Numbered from the stretch's first letter, positions 1 to 10,240 are shown. The stretch: 64,000 nt of DNA from an uncultured bacterium (GCA_964523975.1 CAZGBM010000002.1:1324-65323), one strand, 5' to 3'. The notes: generated by a model from the sequence alone, not told the origin. Numbers and translations are program-made.

Positions 1-647
1 CCTCAACAATTCTTTCGGCATCAGAAAAAAAAATAAGAAATTTTTTCGTTCTTTCCGGACATAAAATAATACCTCCTGCGATGATAGCTCTTCTTACGAG
101 TAAGGAAATTAAAATAGATGGATTTATCTGTCCGGGACATGTCAGTGCCATAATAGGAGAAAAACCTTACTATCCAATAGTAGAAAAGTTCGGTATCCCT
201 TGTGTTATAGTGGGCTTTGAACCTCTTGATCTTTTGGAAGGAATAGAAATGTTAGTAGAGCAAATAACAGAAAAGAAAAATCCTTCTGTAGAAAATCAAT
301 ATAAAAGAGTTGTACGTAAAGAGGGAAATAAAAAAGCACTAGCTATAATGAATAAGGTTTTCGACGTAAAGGATTCCCCCTGGAGAGGGCTCGGCACTCT
401 CCCCAAATCCGGATTATACATAAAAGATATCTATTCGGATTTCGACGCGGAGAAACAAATCGATATTAAAATAGAAAAAACTAAACATAATCCAAAATGC
501 ATATGCGGAGAAGTGCTATGCGGAACAAAAAAGCCTTATGATTGCAAATTGTACGGAAAATCCTGTAACCCAGAAAATCCTATTGGGCCCTGCATGGTTT
601 CGTCAGAGGGTACCTGTGCTGCATATTACAAATTCAAAAAACAATGA
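1..647 (+). CDS. hypD: [NiFe] hydrogenase maturation protein HypD (5' end outside window)
   Basis: The reading frame is open from the window edge. The product has a Cys-rich C-terminus (CICGEVLCG...CKLYGKSCNPENPIGPCMVSSEGTC) and a GFEPLDLL motif typical of HypD. It lies immediately upstream of hypE with a 4-nt overlap. Confidence 0.8.
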   Translation, partial: STILSASEKKIRNFFVLSGHKIIPPAMIALLTSKEIKIDGFICPGHVSAIIGEKPYYPIVEKFGIPCVIVGFEPLDLLEGIEMLVEQITEKKNPSVENQYKRVVRKEGNKKALAIMNKVFDVKDSPWRGLGTLPKSGLYIKDIYSDFDAEKQIDIKIEKTKHNPKCICGEVLCGTKKPYDCKLYGKSCNPENPIGPCMVSSEGTCAAYYKFKKQ

Positions 648-1666
648 CAAAAAACAACGAAATTCAAAATAAAAAAATTCTGCTCTCTCACGGAAGCGGG
701 GGAGAAGCGATGCGTTCTCTTATAAAGGAATTATTTCTGGGTAAATTCGGCAATCCTGTGCTCAATGAACTTGCAGATTCTGCAGTTTTGCAATCAACGG
801 GAAACAAACGATTTTGCTTCACAACCGATTCCTATGTTGTAAATCCTCTTTTCTTCCCGGGCGGAGACATAGGGACCTTAGCTATTAACGGGACTGTAAA
901 TGACCTTGCGGTAATGGGAGCAAAACCTCTCTACATCTCATGTTCCTTTATCATAGAAGAAGGCCTTTCCTGGGAAACGCTGGATAAAATTACCGATTCA
1001 ATGGCAAAAGCAAGTAAAAAAGCAAAGGTACAAATTGTTACGGGTGATACAAAAGTCGTAGAAAAAGGAAGCGCCGATAAAATATTTATCAATACTTCAG
1101 GCGTCGGAATTTTACAAAAAAATATATTTCTTTCTAAAAACAATATAAAAACCGGAGATAAAATTATTATAAACGGAGAAATTGGGGCACACGGGTTAGC
1201 AGTAATGAGCATAAGAGAAAAATTTAAAACTGATATAAAAAGCGATTGTGCTCCTTTATGGGATTTAATAGAGGGAATGCTCTCCGTAGGCGGAATAAAA
1301 TTTATGAGGGACCCGACAAGAGGTGGCATTGCTTCAGTCTTTTGTGAAATTGCAGAAAACGGTATGTTTGGGATTAAAATCATCGAAGAGTTTCTTTCCA
1401 TCCCCGATAACGTGTCTTCTTTCTCGGAAATCCTGGGGCTCGATCCACTTTACATAGCAAACGAAGGTAAACTTATTGCGGTGGTATCGAAAAACAAAGC
1501 CTCTTCTATTCTTGCAAGTATGAAAAAACACCCTCTGGGGAAAAAAGCTTCCATAATAGGAGAAATTACCAAAAACAATAAAGGGAAAGTTGTACTTGAA
1601 ACAATCATTGGCGGTTTCAGAATCATCGACCGACTGATAGGAGAACAGCTACCTCGCATCTGCTAA
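644..1666 (+). CDS. hypE: hydrogenase maturation carbamoyl dehydratase HypE
   Basis: AIR-synthase-related fold with an N-terminal LSHGSGG motif. The protein ends in the conserved C-terminal PRIC motif, whose cysteine carries the thiocyanate. Gene order is hypD-hypE. Confidence 0.88.
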   Translation: MTKNNEIQNKKILLSHGSGGEAMRSLIKELFLGKFGNPVLNELADSAVLQSTGNKRFCFTTDSYVVNPLFFPGGDIGTLAINGTVNDLAVMGAKPLYISCSFIIEEGLSWETLDKITDSMAKASKKAKVQIVTGDTKVVEKGSADKIFINTSGVGILQKNIFLSKNNIKTGDKIIINGEIGAHGLAVMSIREKFKTDIKSDCAPLWDLIEGMLSVGGIKFMRDPTRGGIASVFCEIAENGMFGIKIIEEFLSIPDNVSSFSEILGLDPLYIANEGKLIAVVSKNKASSILASMKKHPLGKKASIIGEITKNNKGKVVLETIIGGFRIIDRLIGEQLPRIC

Positions 1667-1674
1667 CGGAAGCA

Positions 1675-2394
1675 ATGCTAAAGAAAAAAGACGCAATAAT
1701 TCTAAAAAGTTTTGACTTTGGCAACACAAGTAAGATAATTCATATATTGACATCCGATTCCGAGCGCCTTTCTCTCGTCGCAAAAGGAGCCAGAAGAACA
1801 AAATCACATTTTGCCGGTAATATAGAGCCATTAAATTTGGCTCAGCTTGTATATTACATAAAACCAGGTAAAGACCTGGGTACTTTAAAAGAAGCAAATA
1901 TAAAAGAAGCTCATCAAAACCTTAAAAACGATTTGTTCCGACTAGATATAGGATGGAGTTTGATATGGATAGGGAGAAAAATACCTTCTCCGATGAATGG
2001 GCTTTTTGGACTAGAAAAAAGAGCTCTTAAGTTTCTCGACAGAGGGTTCAGAGAAGAAGTGCTCGTCTATTTCTTGTTTTCTTTGTTTAAGCTGCAAGGG
2101 ATACCGCCTCAATTAGAAAAATGCGTGTCTTGCGGTTCAAAGAGATTGGATTTCTTTGACATTGATGCAGGAGGAATCAAATGTTCCGCCTGCGCACAAA
2201 AAAAACTGGTTTCTTTCAGAAATTTAGAGAAACCTTTCAAGGAACTCACAAAAGGAAGGCTTCAAGTTTGGAAAGAAGTGAACGAAAAAAACAAAAAAGA
2301 AATTCTGGATATTGTCTTTAAATACGGTATCTATCACTTGGGAGACTGGTTGAATCTCACAATAGATATTTTACCATTCGAAATTAAACCATAA
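1675..2394 (+). CDS. recO: DNA repair protein RecO
   Basis: About 240 aa with an N-terminal OB-fold-like region and a GARR motif. The C-terminal zinc finger reads CVSCGS...CSAC. Confidence 0.75.
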   Translation: MLKKKDAIILKSFDFGNTSKIIHILTSDSERLSLVAKGARRTKSHFAGNIEPLNLAQLVYYIKPGKDLGTLKEANIKEAHQNLKNDLFRLDIGWSLIWIGRKIPSPMNGLFGLEKRALKFLDRGFREEVLVYFLFSLFKLQGIPPQLEKCVSCGSKRLDFFDIDAGGIKCSACAQKKLVSFRNLEKPFKELTKGRLQVWKEVNEKNKKEILDIVFKYGIYHLGDWLNLTIDILPFEIKP

Positions 2395-3059
2395 GATCGC
2401 CAATTTTCCCAGTCGCCAAATATAGTAAGGGTCTTTTCTCCTTCTCTGAAAGAATAAGGTTCATGAAAGTGCCCCATTATTATTGCATCTATCTCTCCTG
2501 AAAATTTATTTGTGGCAAACTTTACAAAGTTACTTTCCATCAAGTTCTTATCCCTGGAATTCGTTTCCGAAAACTTAGATACAGCCTTGGCAATCCGTAA
2601 CCCCAGTTCGGGATGTATCAAAGAAAAAAGTATCCTCGAAAATTTATTAGTTAAAAGAGTTTTTATCATAAAATTAGTATCCATTTCATCTCCATGCTGT
2701 ACCAATATTCTCTTTTCGCCTATCTTAACTATCTCGGGGCCAGGATGTTTAACAATACCAAGTTCCTCGAAAAATCGCCCTATCCAAAAATCATGATTGC
2801 CAATCCAGTAATGTATGTTAATACCTTTCTCTATGGTTCTTTTCAGTTCAAAAAATATATTGAAAAAACTCTTAGGTATAAAAGATTTATATTCAAAATA
2901 AAAATCAAAAATATCGCCGAGCAAAAACAACTCGTCTCCTTCCTTTCTGACTTTACGAAGAAAAGAAAAAAAAGACTCAATTTCTTCCTTTTCTGACCAG
3001 TCCTGGAAGTGAGTATCTGAAATTATAAATACGGTTTTATTCTTCGGTATTTCCAGCAT
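2334..3059 (-). CDS. calcineurin-like metallophosphoesterase, LpxH/YbbF-like
   Basis: Carries the metallophosphoesterase motifs SDTHF, LGDIFD and GNHDF. Its 3' end overlaps recO convergently by 61 nt. Confidence 0.6.
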   Translation of the reverse strand: MLEIPKNKTVFIISDTHFQDWSEKEEIESFFSFLRKVRKEGDELFLLGDIFDFYFEYKSFIPKSFFNIFFELKRTIEKGINIHYWIGNHDFWIGRFFEELGIVKHPGPEIVKIGEKRILVQHGDEMDTNFMIKTLLTNKFSRILFSLIHPELGLRIAKAVSKFSETNSRDKNLMESNFVKFATNKFSGEIDAIIMGHFHEPYSFREGEKTLTIFGDWENWRSYGLISNGKISIVRFNQSPK

Positions 3060-3286
3060 TTTTCAGCCACAGATTATACAGAGTTCTTAATTGCCTCCAA
3101 ACACCTATCTTTTGGCAACAAATTGTCCGAATTTCACAAATGAATCAGGTATAATCACTTTTATTAATATAGAAAATAGAGTTCACCTTTTTAATATTTG
3201 CGTTATTCTTCTAAATTAGTTGTTCCACTATTTTTTAATTCATTTTGGAACTTTTTTCTTTTTGAAGTCTTCTTTTTTTCGGTAAA

Positions 3287-3580
3287 CTATTGGCTAAATT
3301 CTTCCTTCATTTCGCCAATAATTCCTATCGCTTCTTCAAAATATCTTTTCTTAATAAGATCGTTTAGCAATTTAAGGTATTGCTCTTCTTTGGAAAGAGT
3401 TCCTTCTCTTTCATCTTTTCCTTCCAGAGAAATCGGACTGGCTTCTGAAGATTCTTCGAAAAGGCTCTTTTCTTCGTTATCAAAAGCATCTAGAATACCC
3501 TCTTCTTTTTCTCCCTCTTTCTTTCGACTCTCCTCTCTTTTAAAAATTTCCTCAAAAGGAGATTTACTCTGCTCCATCAA
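3287..3580 (-). CDS. hypothetical acidic (Glu/Lys-rich) small protein
   Basis: 97-aa ORF with a 4-nt ATGA overlap to the upstream TPR gene, suggesting translational coupling. No recognisable domain. Confidence 0.4.
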   Translation of the reverse strand: MMEQSKSPFEEIFKREESRKKEGEKEEGILDAFDNEEKSLFEESSEASPISLEGKDEREGTLSKEEQYLKLLNDLIKKRYFEEAIGIIGEMKEEFSQ

Positions 3581-4701
3581 GCCTCCTTCTTTTTGTATAA
3601 ATTAAGCTTCTCTTCCACATCTTTTAAAGTGGGGTCAAGCTCGATAGCCTTCTCCCAGTTTGAAATAGCTTTATCAATCATTTCCTTCTGTTCATAAGAA
3701 TAACCCAGATTCGCAAAAACAACAGCCTCTCCCTCATTCTTTTTACTTGCTTGTTTGAAGATTTCAATTGCCTCATCAATATTTCCTCTTTCAAACATTA
3801 TGAACCCTAACCCGACTTGCGCCTCAAGCACATCGGGCTTATCCTTTAAGACCTTCTCAAATATCTTCCGTGCATCCGCTTGTTTGCCTTCCTTCGAAAG
3901 GGCAATAGCAAGATTCGTTAATATTTCTACAGAAGAATCCTCCAGAAGCACGGCTTCTTTTAGTTGCCGAATCGCTATTTCTACCCTGCCGCCATAAAAG
4001 TTTTTAACAGCCATGTCATTAAGACGGCGCGCTTCTTCTTTTTTCTTCCCCTTTTCAAATTTTTCTCTCTCTTTCTTAATATCTTCCACATATTTTTCAA
4101 TTGAAACGGACAGCTCTTTCAATCCCTTCGAAGACTCTTTGAACTGTAGATACATTTCCCCAAAAACTTTTTGTAGCGCTTCTCTCAGAGCACTTATTTC
4201 TTCCTTGAATGACCCTTCAAGCTTTTCAAAAACTTCTCCGATATGAGAAATACTACTGCCTAAAATATCCACAGAGTTGTCAACTTTATCTTTCAAAGTC
4301 TTTTGAAGTTCATCAATCTTTTCTGCCATTCTCTCGGGACTGTTTTTAACGCCATCCGAAATTTTATCCATCCCGGATTGAACGACTTCTTTAAAAGAAG
4401 AAAATTCCTTTTCAAGTTTATTGTCCAAATCCTTTGAAAAATTTTCAAGAATCGAAGAAATTTGTTCCAATTTTACGTCAAGCAAAGACCTTAATTCATA
4501 GAGATCGTTATGTTGAGATTTGCTTATATTCCTAAGAACCTCACTTATCTCGGTTCTACGATTAACTATCCCATATGATGAACTCCCTTGCTTTTTTTTC
4601 TCCTGTTCCGGTTTCTTTGTTTCCTGAAATCTGTTCTTTTCATCTATGTGTCTGTCCTTATCCTGTTTTTTCTCCTTCTCCTGCTTCTTTTCTTCCTTCA
4701 T
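3577..4701 (-). CDS. coiled-coil / TPR-repeat protein with K/E-rich N-terminus
   Basis: K/E-rich low-complexity N-terminus and a central coiled coil. TPR repeats at the C-terminus. Last gene-but-one of the operon with the 1185-aa TPR protein. Confidence 0.55.
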   Translation of the reverse strand: MKEEKKQEKEKKQDKDRHIDEKNRFQETKKPEQEKKKQGSSSYGIVNRRTEISEVLRNISKSQHNDLYELRSLLDVKLEQISSILENFSKDLDNKLEKEFSSFKEVVQSGMDKISDGVKNSPERMAEKIDELQKTLKDKVDNSVDILGSSISHIGEVFEKLEGSFKEEISALREALQKVFGEMYLQFKESSKGLKELSVSIEKYVEDIKKEREKFEKGKKKEEARRLNDMAVKNFYGGRVEIAIRQLKEAVLLEDSSVEILTNLAIALSKEGKQADARKIFEKVLKDKPDVLEAQVGLGFIMFERGNIDEAIEIFKQASKKNEGEAVVFANLGYSYEQKEMIDKAISNWEKAIELDPTLKDVEEKLNLYKKKEA

Positions 4702-4707
4702 AAAATA

Positions 4708-7700
4708 TCATCTCCTTATTAGAGGTCTTATTCTCCTATACTTTTCCGTCGCTTCTCGTAACATCACCGAGATATAGGAATTCTTCTTTGCTGGCTCCAT
4801 TTCTGTTTTTGAAAGGAGGCTTAAAGCAAGCTCCGTATTTCCACTATGAAATGCAAGGAGCGCTCTCCTTTCTGCAAAAACATCTTTATTTTCCAATCTT
4901 GAAAGACGCTGATAAGCACCCCAATAATCCTTTGTTTCTTCCTGTATAACACTCAAAAGTATTTGCTCTTTTTCTTTGTCTAATTTCTTGGTTTCCTCAT
5001 AAGCTTTGTCGAACTCTTTTAATTTTAGGTATAAATAAGCTCGTTCCTCCGCAGAATCCGTCATTTTAATTTTATCAAGCAGTACCTGTTTTTTTACTTC
5101 TTCTATTTCTTTAACGCTGACTTTGCTTTTCTTACCGAGAAACCACAGGAGAACCTTTTCTTTACTACCCGGTTCTTTAAGTTTACCCAGATAAAATCCG
5201 GCTTTTTCGAGATTGCCGGAAACAAAGTAAAGATAGGCTCCTTCGGCGACAACGTCTTCTTTATCCGAATTTTTTTCGAGCAATTGTTCATATAAAGGTA
5301 ATTGCTCTTTCGTTTCTATTTTTTTTATATAATTAATTGCCGTATCCCAATCGGAAAGAGCAAGACTGATTCTGACAAGCAAAGGCACCATTTCTACATC
5401 GCCGGGCTCAATAAATTCTTTCAGCTTCTCGGCAACCTCCGGATACTCGTTAAGCAATTCTTCCATTTCGACTTTACTCTTTTGCCTATCTCCTACCTGA
5501 TAACGAATCTTGACAAGTATAATGCGCAGAGGTAAGGGAAGCTTACCGCTGAATAAACTTTCGATTTCCCTCAACAAATATTGTCCTTTTTCCTCGGAAC
5601 CATCGAAGAAGTCTTCTACTATACCAACGAGAGGTGCGTTACGTTCTTCGTTTGCGTATATTTTCAATAATTTTCCGACCAATTCGGTTGACAATTCGAC
5701 TTTAGGAAGTAATCCGTTTATCTCTTTTACTACACTGTCTCTCTTTTCTTCATTCTCCCAATAGGCTTCGATAAAATATTCCAAAGCCTTGTCTACATGA
5801 CCTAAATCTTTCTCGATATCTGCTCTCAAAACAACTATATTTTTTTCGATATTTGGATCTTCAAATTTCTCCAGCGCCTCTACAGCCAAGATTTTTAACT
5901 TTGGGTCAAAACGGATCCCTTTTTCTATCTCTTCAATACCGGAGAGATCTTCCTTATGAAGTTTAACTTTACCGTAAAAAATCCTAAGTGCAGCATGAAT
6001 AGGAGCAATATCGACAAGCTTTTCGCATTCTTCCTGCATAACCTCAACCATAGAAGGCTTTTGCCGAAAAGTCTCGTCCAAACAGGAAACCGCTTTATCA
6101 ATATTACCTGTTTCTCTATATAGTTTATAAAGAGTCATTAGTGTTTCGTATTCTGCACTTCCCTCTTTTTTTATCTCTTCAAGTACTTCGATTGCCTGTT
6201 CCGAAAGAGAATCATCCAGTCCTATCGCCCTTCTTACCAAACCCGCTGCATTTGATAATTTGCCGATTTTTGCATTTGCTCTTGCCAGAGAAAGCATTAA
6301 TTCCGGTTGTTCCTCCAATTCCAAAGATTCTAAAACCTGCGACCCCCATTTAATAGCTTCCTCATAATAATTGTTTTGAATCAAAATTTTAGTAAGTGTT
6401 TTAGAAATAATTTCGTTATCTTTCCTCTTCTTCACTTCACCTATCAAAAAAGAAGTTACTTCGCCTACGTAGTCCGTAAACTCTCTGGCAGCATTTTCTA
6501 TTTCTCTGCAACCCTTTTCGTACTCACCTTTATGGAAATACAAAGCAGAAAGAAGTTTCCGTATTCTCGGTTCATCTCGATACGCCTGCAGATATGTCAA
6601 AATAAATTTAAACCTTTCAGGGTCCTCATCTATAGCTTCTTTATAATATTTTTCCGCTTTATCAAATTCTTCCGCCAACCTGTATAATTCGGCTAAAGCA
6701 AAGGGATATGTAAAAGGCGGGAACTCCTTCCTGTCCAGATTTTTGTAAAATTTAAGAAATTGTTCGGTAAATTCCGGCTTCGATTTTACCCTTTTATCAA
6801 ACTCGGTAAGCATAACAGGTATATAATCGGTTTCCTCTCCAATTATCAAATTGACTTTTTGGGCAATCTCTTCAGGCTTTTCGGGAATCTGAAGCATTAA
6901 AGAAATAATCTCGCCTTCTGTACTTACAGGATTCTCTTTTTTAAATTTTTTGAGTTCTTCTTTTATCTGTTCGGTTTTTTCGGAATCTAAAGACATTTCT
7001 TTGTAAATTTGAAGCGCTGCCTCGGTATCTCCTTCTCTTGAAAGCAATCTTGCCTTTAGTAGTAATCCTGTTGAAGGAAGTTCTTTCCCTTCGAACATCT
7101 GATTTAAATTCTCAAGTATTGTAGTTGATGACGTGGGAGATAGTTCAAAGGCTTTTTCTAAAAGACGAACAACTTCTTCTTTCCATCCAAGGGCGCTATA
7201 AACGCTGGCCATATTAAGAAAATTATCAATCTCTTCCGGAAGCTTTTTTTCAAGTTCTTTAACTTTTTTTCCTATTCCTTCATCTGCAACAAGAGAAACC
7301 GCAGAAAGAAATTCTCTTAGCCCTTCAGAATATCTCTCTTTTTTGATATAAGCTTCAGCTAACTGTTTATGAATTATCGGGTTTCCAGGATCTTTTTTAA
7401 CCATCATCTGATATTTTTTTATTGCATCATCGACCTCAAATTCTTCAATAAGGTTCAGCGCTCTTTCATCTTTTCCTGTTTCTATCAACAACTCGCTCAA
7501 ATAATCAAGAACGTCTTTCGATTCCTTGCTGTAAGGCGATAGAAGAACGATGACTCCATCTTGCAGCTCCGAACTTACCTTCACAGCTTCTCGTAGCTTG
7601 GAAGCTGCTTCAGAATAATGTTTATCCTTAAGCAAAAATTCACCTAAACCTAATTTCAAGTTCGCATCTCCGTAATTTTCTCTTTCTGCTCTTCTTAATT

Positions 7701-8265
7701 CGAGGGTAATATCATGCAGATCTTCAGGCTTTTTTTCCAGTATCTTTTTAAACACCTTCATCGTCTCTTCGCTTCTTCTTCCCTCGTTCATTACGGCAAA
7801 AAGGTAAAGATGGGTAAAGTCCCTCTGGTTAAATTCCGTTTTGTTATCAAGGATATTTTTAACAACCTGCTCTTCTCTATTAATAAAAGCTCCCTTGCTT
7901 TCTTCGCTAAGGTCCCTGAAAAGATCGTAAACTCCCTCGAAATCCATTTTCTCCGCCCATTTCTCCATAAGATATTCGGCCAACCGGTCTGGCTTGCCTC
8001 TCCCGTAAAACAAATCCTCTACTTCTCCAATAACTTTTTTCTTAGCTTCAAGAGAAAGAGCCGCTCCTTTCTCTGCCCAGACAATTACTTCATTTAATTT
8101 ATCTATGGCATGGTATGTGTGCATAATCTCAAGAATGAGTGGAAGATCTGAATTATCCTCTCTTAAAGCATTTTGTAATATCTTAACGGCTTTGAGAGAT
8201 TCTCCTTTCGCTGCTACCCTTCGGGCTTTATCAATTACATTAGAGTGATCACTAAAATTAAACAT
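4708..8265 (-). CDS. large tetratricopeptide (TPR) repeat protein
   Basis: 1185-aa uninterrupted ORF with many TPR-like helical repeats of the (A/G)xxYxxxGxxxxA type. Confidence 0.6.
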   Translation of the reverse strand: MFNFSDHSNVIDKARRVAAKGESLKAVKILQNALREDNSDLPLILEIMHTYHAIDKLNEVIVWAEKGAALSLEAKKKVIGEVEDLFYGRGKPDRLAEYLMEKWAEKMDFEGVYDLFRDLSEESKGAFINREEQVVKNILDNKTEFNQRDFTHLYLFAVMNEGRRSEETMKVFKKILEKKPEDLHDITLELRRAERENYGDANLKLGLGEFLLKDKHYSEAASKLREAVKVSSELQDGVIVLLSPYSKESKDVLDYLSELLIETGKDERALNLIEEFEVDDAIKKYQMMVKKDPGNPIIHKQLAEAYIKKERYSEGLREFLSAVSLVADEGIGKKVKELEKKLPEEIDNFLNMASVYSALGWKEEVVRLLEKAFELSPTSSTTILENLNQMFEGKELPSTGLLLKARLLSREGDTEAALQIYKEMSLDSEKTEQIKEELKKFKKENPVSTEGEIISLMLQIPEKPEEIAQKVNLIIGEETDYIPVMLTEFDKRVKSKPEFTEQFLKFYKNLDRKEFPPFTYPFALAELYRLAEEFDKAEKYYKEAIDEDPERFKFILTYLQAYRDEPRIRKLLSALYFHKGEYEKGCREIENAAREFTDYVGEVTSFLIGEVKKRKDNEIISKTLTKILIQNNYYEEAIKWGSQVLESLELEEQPELMLSLARANAKIGKLSNAAGLVRRAIGLDDSLSEQAIEVLEEIKKEGSAEYETLMTLYKLYRETGNIDKAVSCLDETFRQKPSMVEVMQEECEKLVDIAPIHAALRIFYGKVKLHKEDLSGIEEIEKGIRFDPKLKILAVEALEKFEDPNIEKNIVVLRADIEKDLGHVDKALEYFIEAYWENEEKRDSVVKEINGLLPKVELSTELVGKLLKIYANEERNAPLVGIVEDFFDGSEEKGQYLLREIESLFSGKLPLPLRIILVKIRYQVGDRQKSKVEMEELLNEYPEVAEKLKEFIEPGDVEMVPLLVRISLALSDWDTAINYIKKIETKEQLPLYEQLLEKNSDKEDVVAEGAYLYFVSGNLEKAGFYLGKLKEPGSKEKVLLWFLGKKSKVSVKEIEEVKKQVLLDKIKMTDSAEERAYLYLKLKEFDKAYEETKKLDKEKEQILLSVIQEETKDYWGAYQRLSRLENKDVFAERRALLAFHSGNTELALSLLSKTEMEPAKKNSYISVMLREATEKYRRIRPLIRR

Positions 8266-8432
8266 AACTTAAATTAAAATATAACAAAAACGAAAAGTAA
8301 GTCAAGAGTTATTTACTATACTACATTGTACCCCAAAGTCCAAACATTAAGTATCAAAATTTAAAAATGCAAACCAAAGTTCAAAAACTAATTAAAAAAA
8401 TAAAGGAACAACTAATAACAAAAAGGTTCACT

Positions 8433-8654
8433 TTAAGTTATAACCTTTTTGATTTCGGGTATTTTTGCCTTTAAAGCTTTCTCGACAAATCCCTTCAATG
8501 TCATTTGAGCCATCGGACAACCTCCGCAAGCGCCTGTAAGTTGCAATTTTACCGTTCCGTCATTAGATACGCTCAACAATTTTACGTCTCCACCGTGACT
8601 TTTAAGGTACGGTTTAATGTCGTTGGCTAAAACTTTTTTTACTTTTTCTTCCAA
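8433..8654 (-). CDS. NifU-like Fe-S cluster scaffold domain protein (Nfu type)
   Basis: 73 aa with a CGGC Cys pair (TGACGGCPMAQMTLKG), characteristic of the NifU C-terminal/Nfu domain. Confidence 0.7.
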   Translation of the reverse strand: MEEKVKKVLANDIKPYLKSHGGDVKLLSVSNDGTVKLQLTGACGGCPMAQMTLKGFVEKALKAKIPEIKKVIT

Positions 8655-8866
8655 TTTTCCTCCCTAACCTATTTAAGGTCATATACTTTAGTATAACAAA
8701 TAAGTTGACTCAAGTCAAGTGATTCTGCGAACCAGTTTATTGGTAAAATTGGTTAAGAGGAAAACTACAAGATTTATGTATTTTAGGATGGTTTTATGCG
8801 AAAAGTAAAAGGCGAACAACTAATAGCTTAGGGGTGTTGTGTGTCTAGGGTATTCTTCTCTTATTC

Positions 8867-8897
8867 TTGACATATTCGTGTTTTTGGTTATAGTTAT
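8867..8897 (+). promoter_or_regulatory. sigma70-type promoter upstream of ugd (TTGACA-N17-TATAGT)
   Basis: TTGACA at 8867-8872 and TATAGT at about 8890-8895, roughly 45 nt upstream of the ugd ATG. An AGGAG-like RBS (tggaggaaaagtATG) lies between. Confidence 0.45.
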
Positions 8898-8938
8898 TTT
8901 GTTTTTGAGCAAAATTTGAGCAAAAATGGAGGAAAAGT

Positions 8939-10240
8939 ATGAAAATTTGTGTTATAGGTACCGGATATGTAGGATTGGTGGTTGGAACAGGCCTCTCCGA
9001 GACCGGGAATAAAGTTATCTGTGTAGATAGTGATGAAGAAAAAATACAAAAATTAAAAAACAATATAGTACCAATTTATGAGCCTGGGCTGGAAGAACTA
9101 ATTAAGAGAAATCAAAGAGAATATCGTCTTTCTTTCTCCACATCAGTTAAAGATGCCGTTTCGATTTCGGATATTATTTTTATTGCCGTCGGGACCCCGG
9201 AAAAGGAAGACGGATCTGTAGATTTATCTCATGTATATGCTATTGCCGAAGAAATTGGGGAAGCAATGGGCAGTGAGCATAAAATTATAATTAACAAGAG
9301 TACTGTACCTGTAGGAACAGCGAGAGAAGTCGAGAAAAAAATAAAAAGTAAAACCAAAGCAAGTTTTGACGTTATTTCCAATCCCGAATTTTTAAAAGAG
9401 GGTAGTGCCGTTCAGGATTTTATGAAGCCGGATAGAATTATAATAGGGATGGATAATAAAAAAGTAGCCGAAAAAATAATGGAGCTTTATGAACCTTTCG
9501 TAAGAACCGGAAACCCGATTATTGTTATGGGAATCGAGAGTGCTGAGATGACGAAATATGCAAGTAATACGATGCTCGCAAGCAGAATATCTTTTATGAA
9601 CGAAATAGCAAATCTTTGCGAGAAAGTGGGAGCTGATGTTGAAGAAGTTAGAATAGGTATGGGAAAAGATCCGAGAATCGGGTCAAAATTTCTTTTTCCT
9701 GGAATTGGCTATGGAGGGTCATGTTTCCCTAAAGACGTTAAAGGGTTGGTTCAAAAAGGGAAACAATATGGGCTCCCGATGAAATTCTGTGAAGGCGTAG
9801 ATTTCGTGAACGAATCTCAGAAAAAATTAATCGTAAAAAAAATAAAAGCAAGGTTCAATAAACTGAAAGGGAAAAAAATGGCAATTTGGGGTTTATCTTT
9901 CAAGCCTCAAACTGACGATATGAGAGAGGCCCCTTCTGTTGTTACATTAAACCTTCTTCTTTCCGAGGGAGTTCATATAAGTGCGTATGACCCTCAAGCT
10001 ATGGAAAATGCAAAGGAAATTTTCGGAGACAGAATAAAATACTGTGCTACGCCATACGATTGTTTAAAAGGAGCCGAAGCTCTTATCGTTCTTACAGAGT
10101 GGAATGAGTTTAGAAATCCGGATTTCGAGAAAATCGGCAACCTGATGGCAGGGAAGCTGATATTTGATGGCAGAAACATCTATGACCCTGTCAGGGTAAA
10201 AGATTCGGGATTCGAGTATTACGGAATAGGTAGAGGTTAA
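8939..10240 (+). CDS. ugd: UDP-glucose 6-dehydrogenase
   Basis: N-terminal Rossmann motif VIGTGYVGLV and the catalytic-Cys region GGSCFPKD. Length 433 aa. Confidence 0.88.
   Translation: MKICVIGTGYVGLVVGTGLSETGNKVICVDSDEEKIQKLKNNIVPIYEPGLEELIKRNQREYRLSFSTSVKDAVSISDIIFIAVGTPEKEDGSVDLSHVYAIAEEIGEAMGSEHKIIINKSTVPVGTAREVEKKIKSKTKASFDVISNPEFLKEGSAVQDFMKPDRIIIGMDNKKVAEKIMELYEPFVRTGNPIIVMGIESAEMTKYASNTMLASRISFMNEIANLCEKVGADVEEVRIGMGKDPRIGSKFLFPGIGYGGSCFPKDVKGLVQKGKQYGLPMKFCEGVDFVNESQKKLIVKKIKARFNKLKGKKMAIWGLSFKPQTDDMREAPSVVTLNLLLSEGVHISAYDPQAMENAKEIFGDRIKYCATPYDCLKGAEALIVLTEWNEFRNPDFEKIGNLMAGKLIFDGRNIYDPVRVKDSGFEYYGIGRG

Noticed and set aside
931-1659. Minus-strand ORFs of 65-156 aa inside hypE
   Set aside because: They lie antisense to a well-supported conserved gene, and their products are low-complexity and hydrophobic with no motifs. 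These are shadow ORFs.
5103-8097. Multiple 60-127 aa ORFs on both strands within the 1185-aa TPR gene
   Set aside because: Embedded in or antisense to a long uninterrupted ORF, and F/L/I-rich as expected from AT-rich antisense frames. Treated as spurious.
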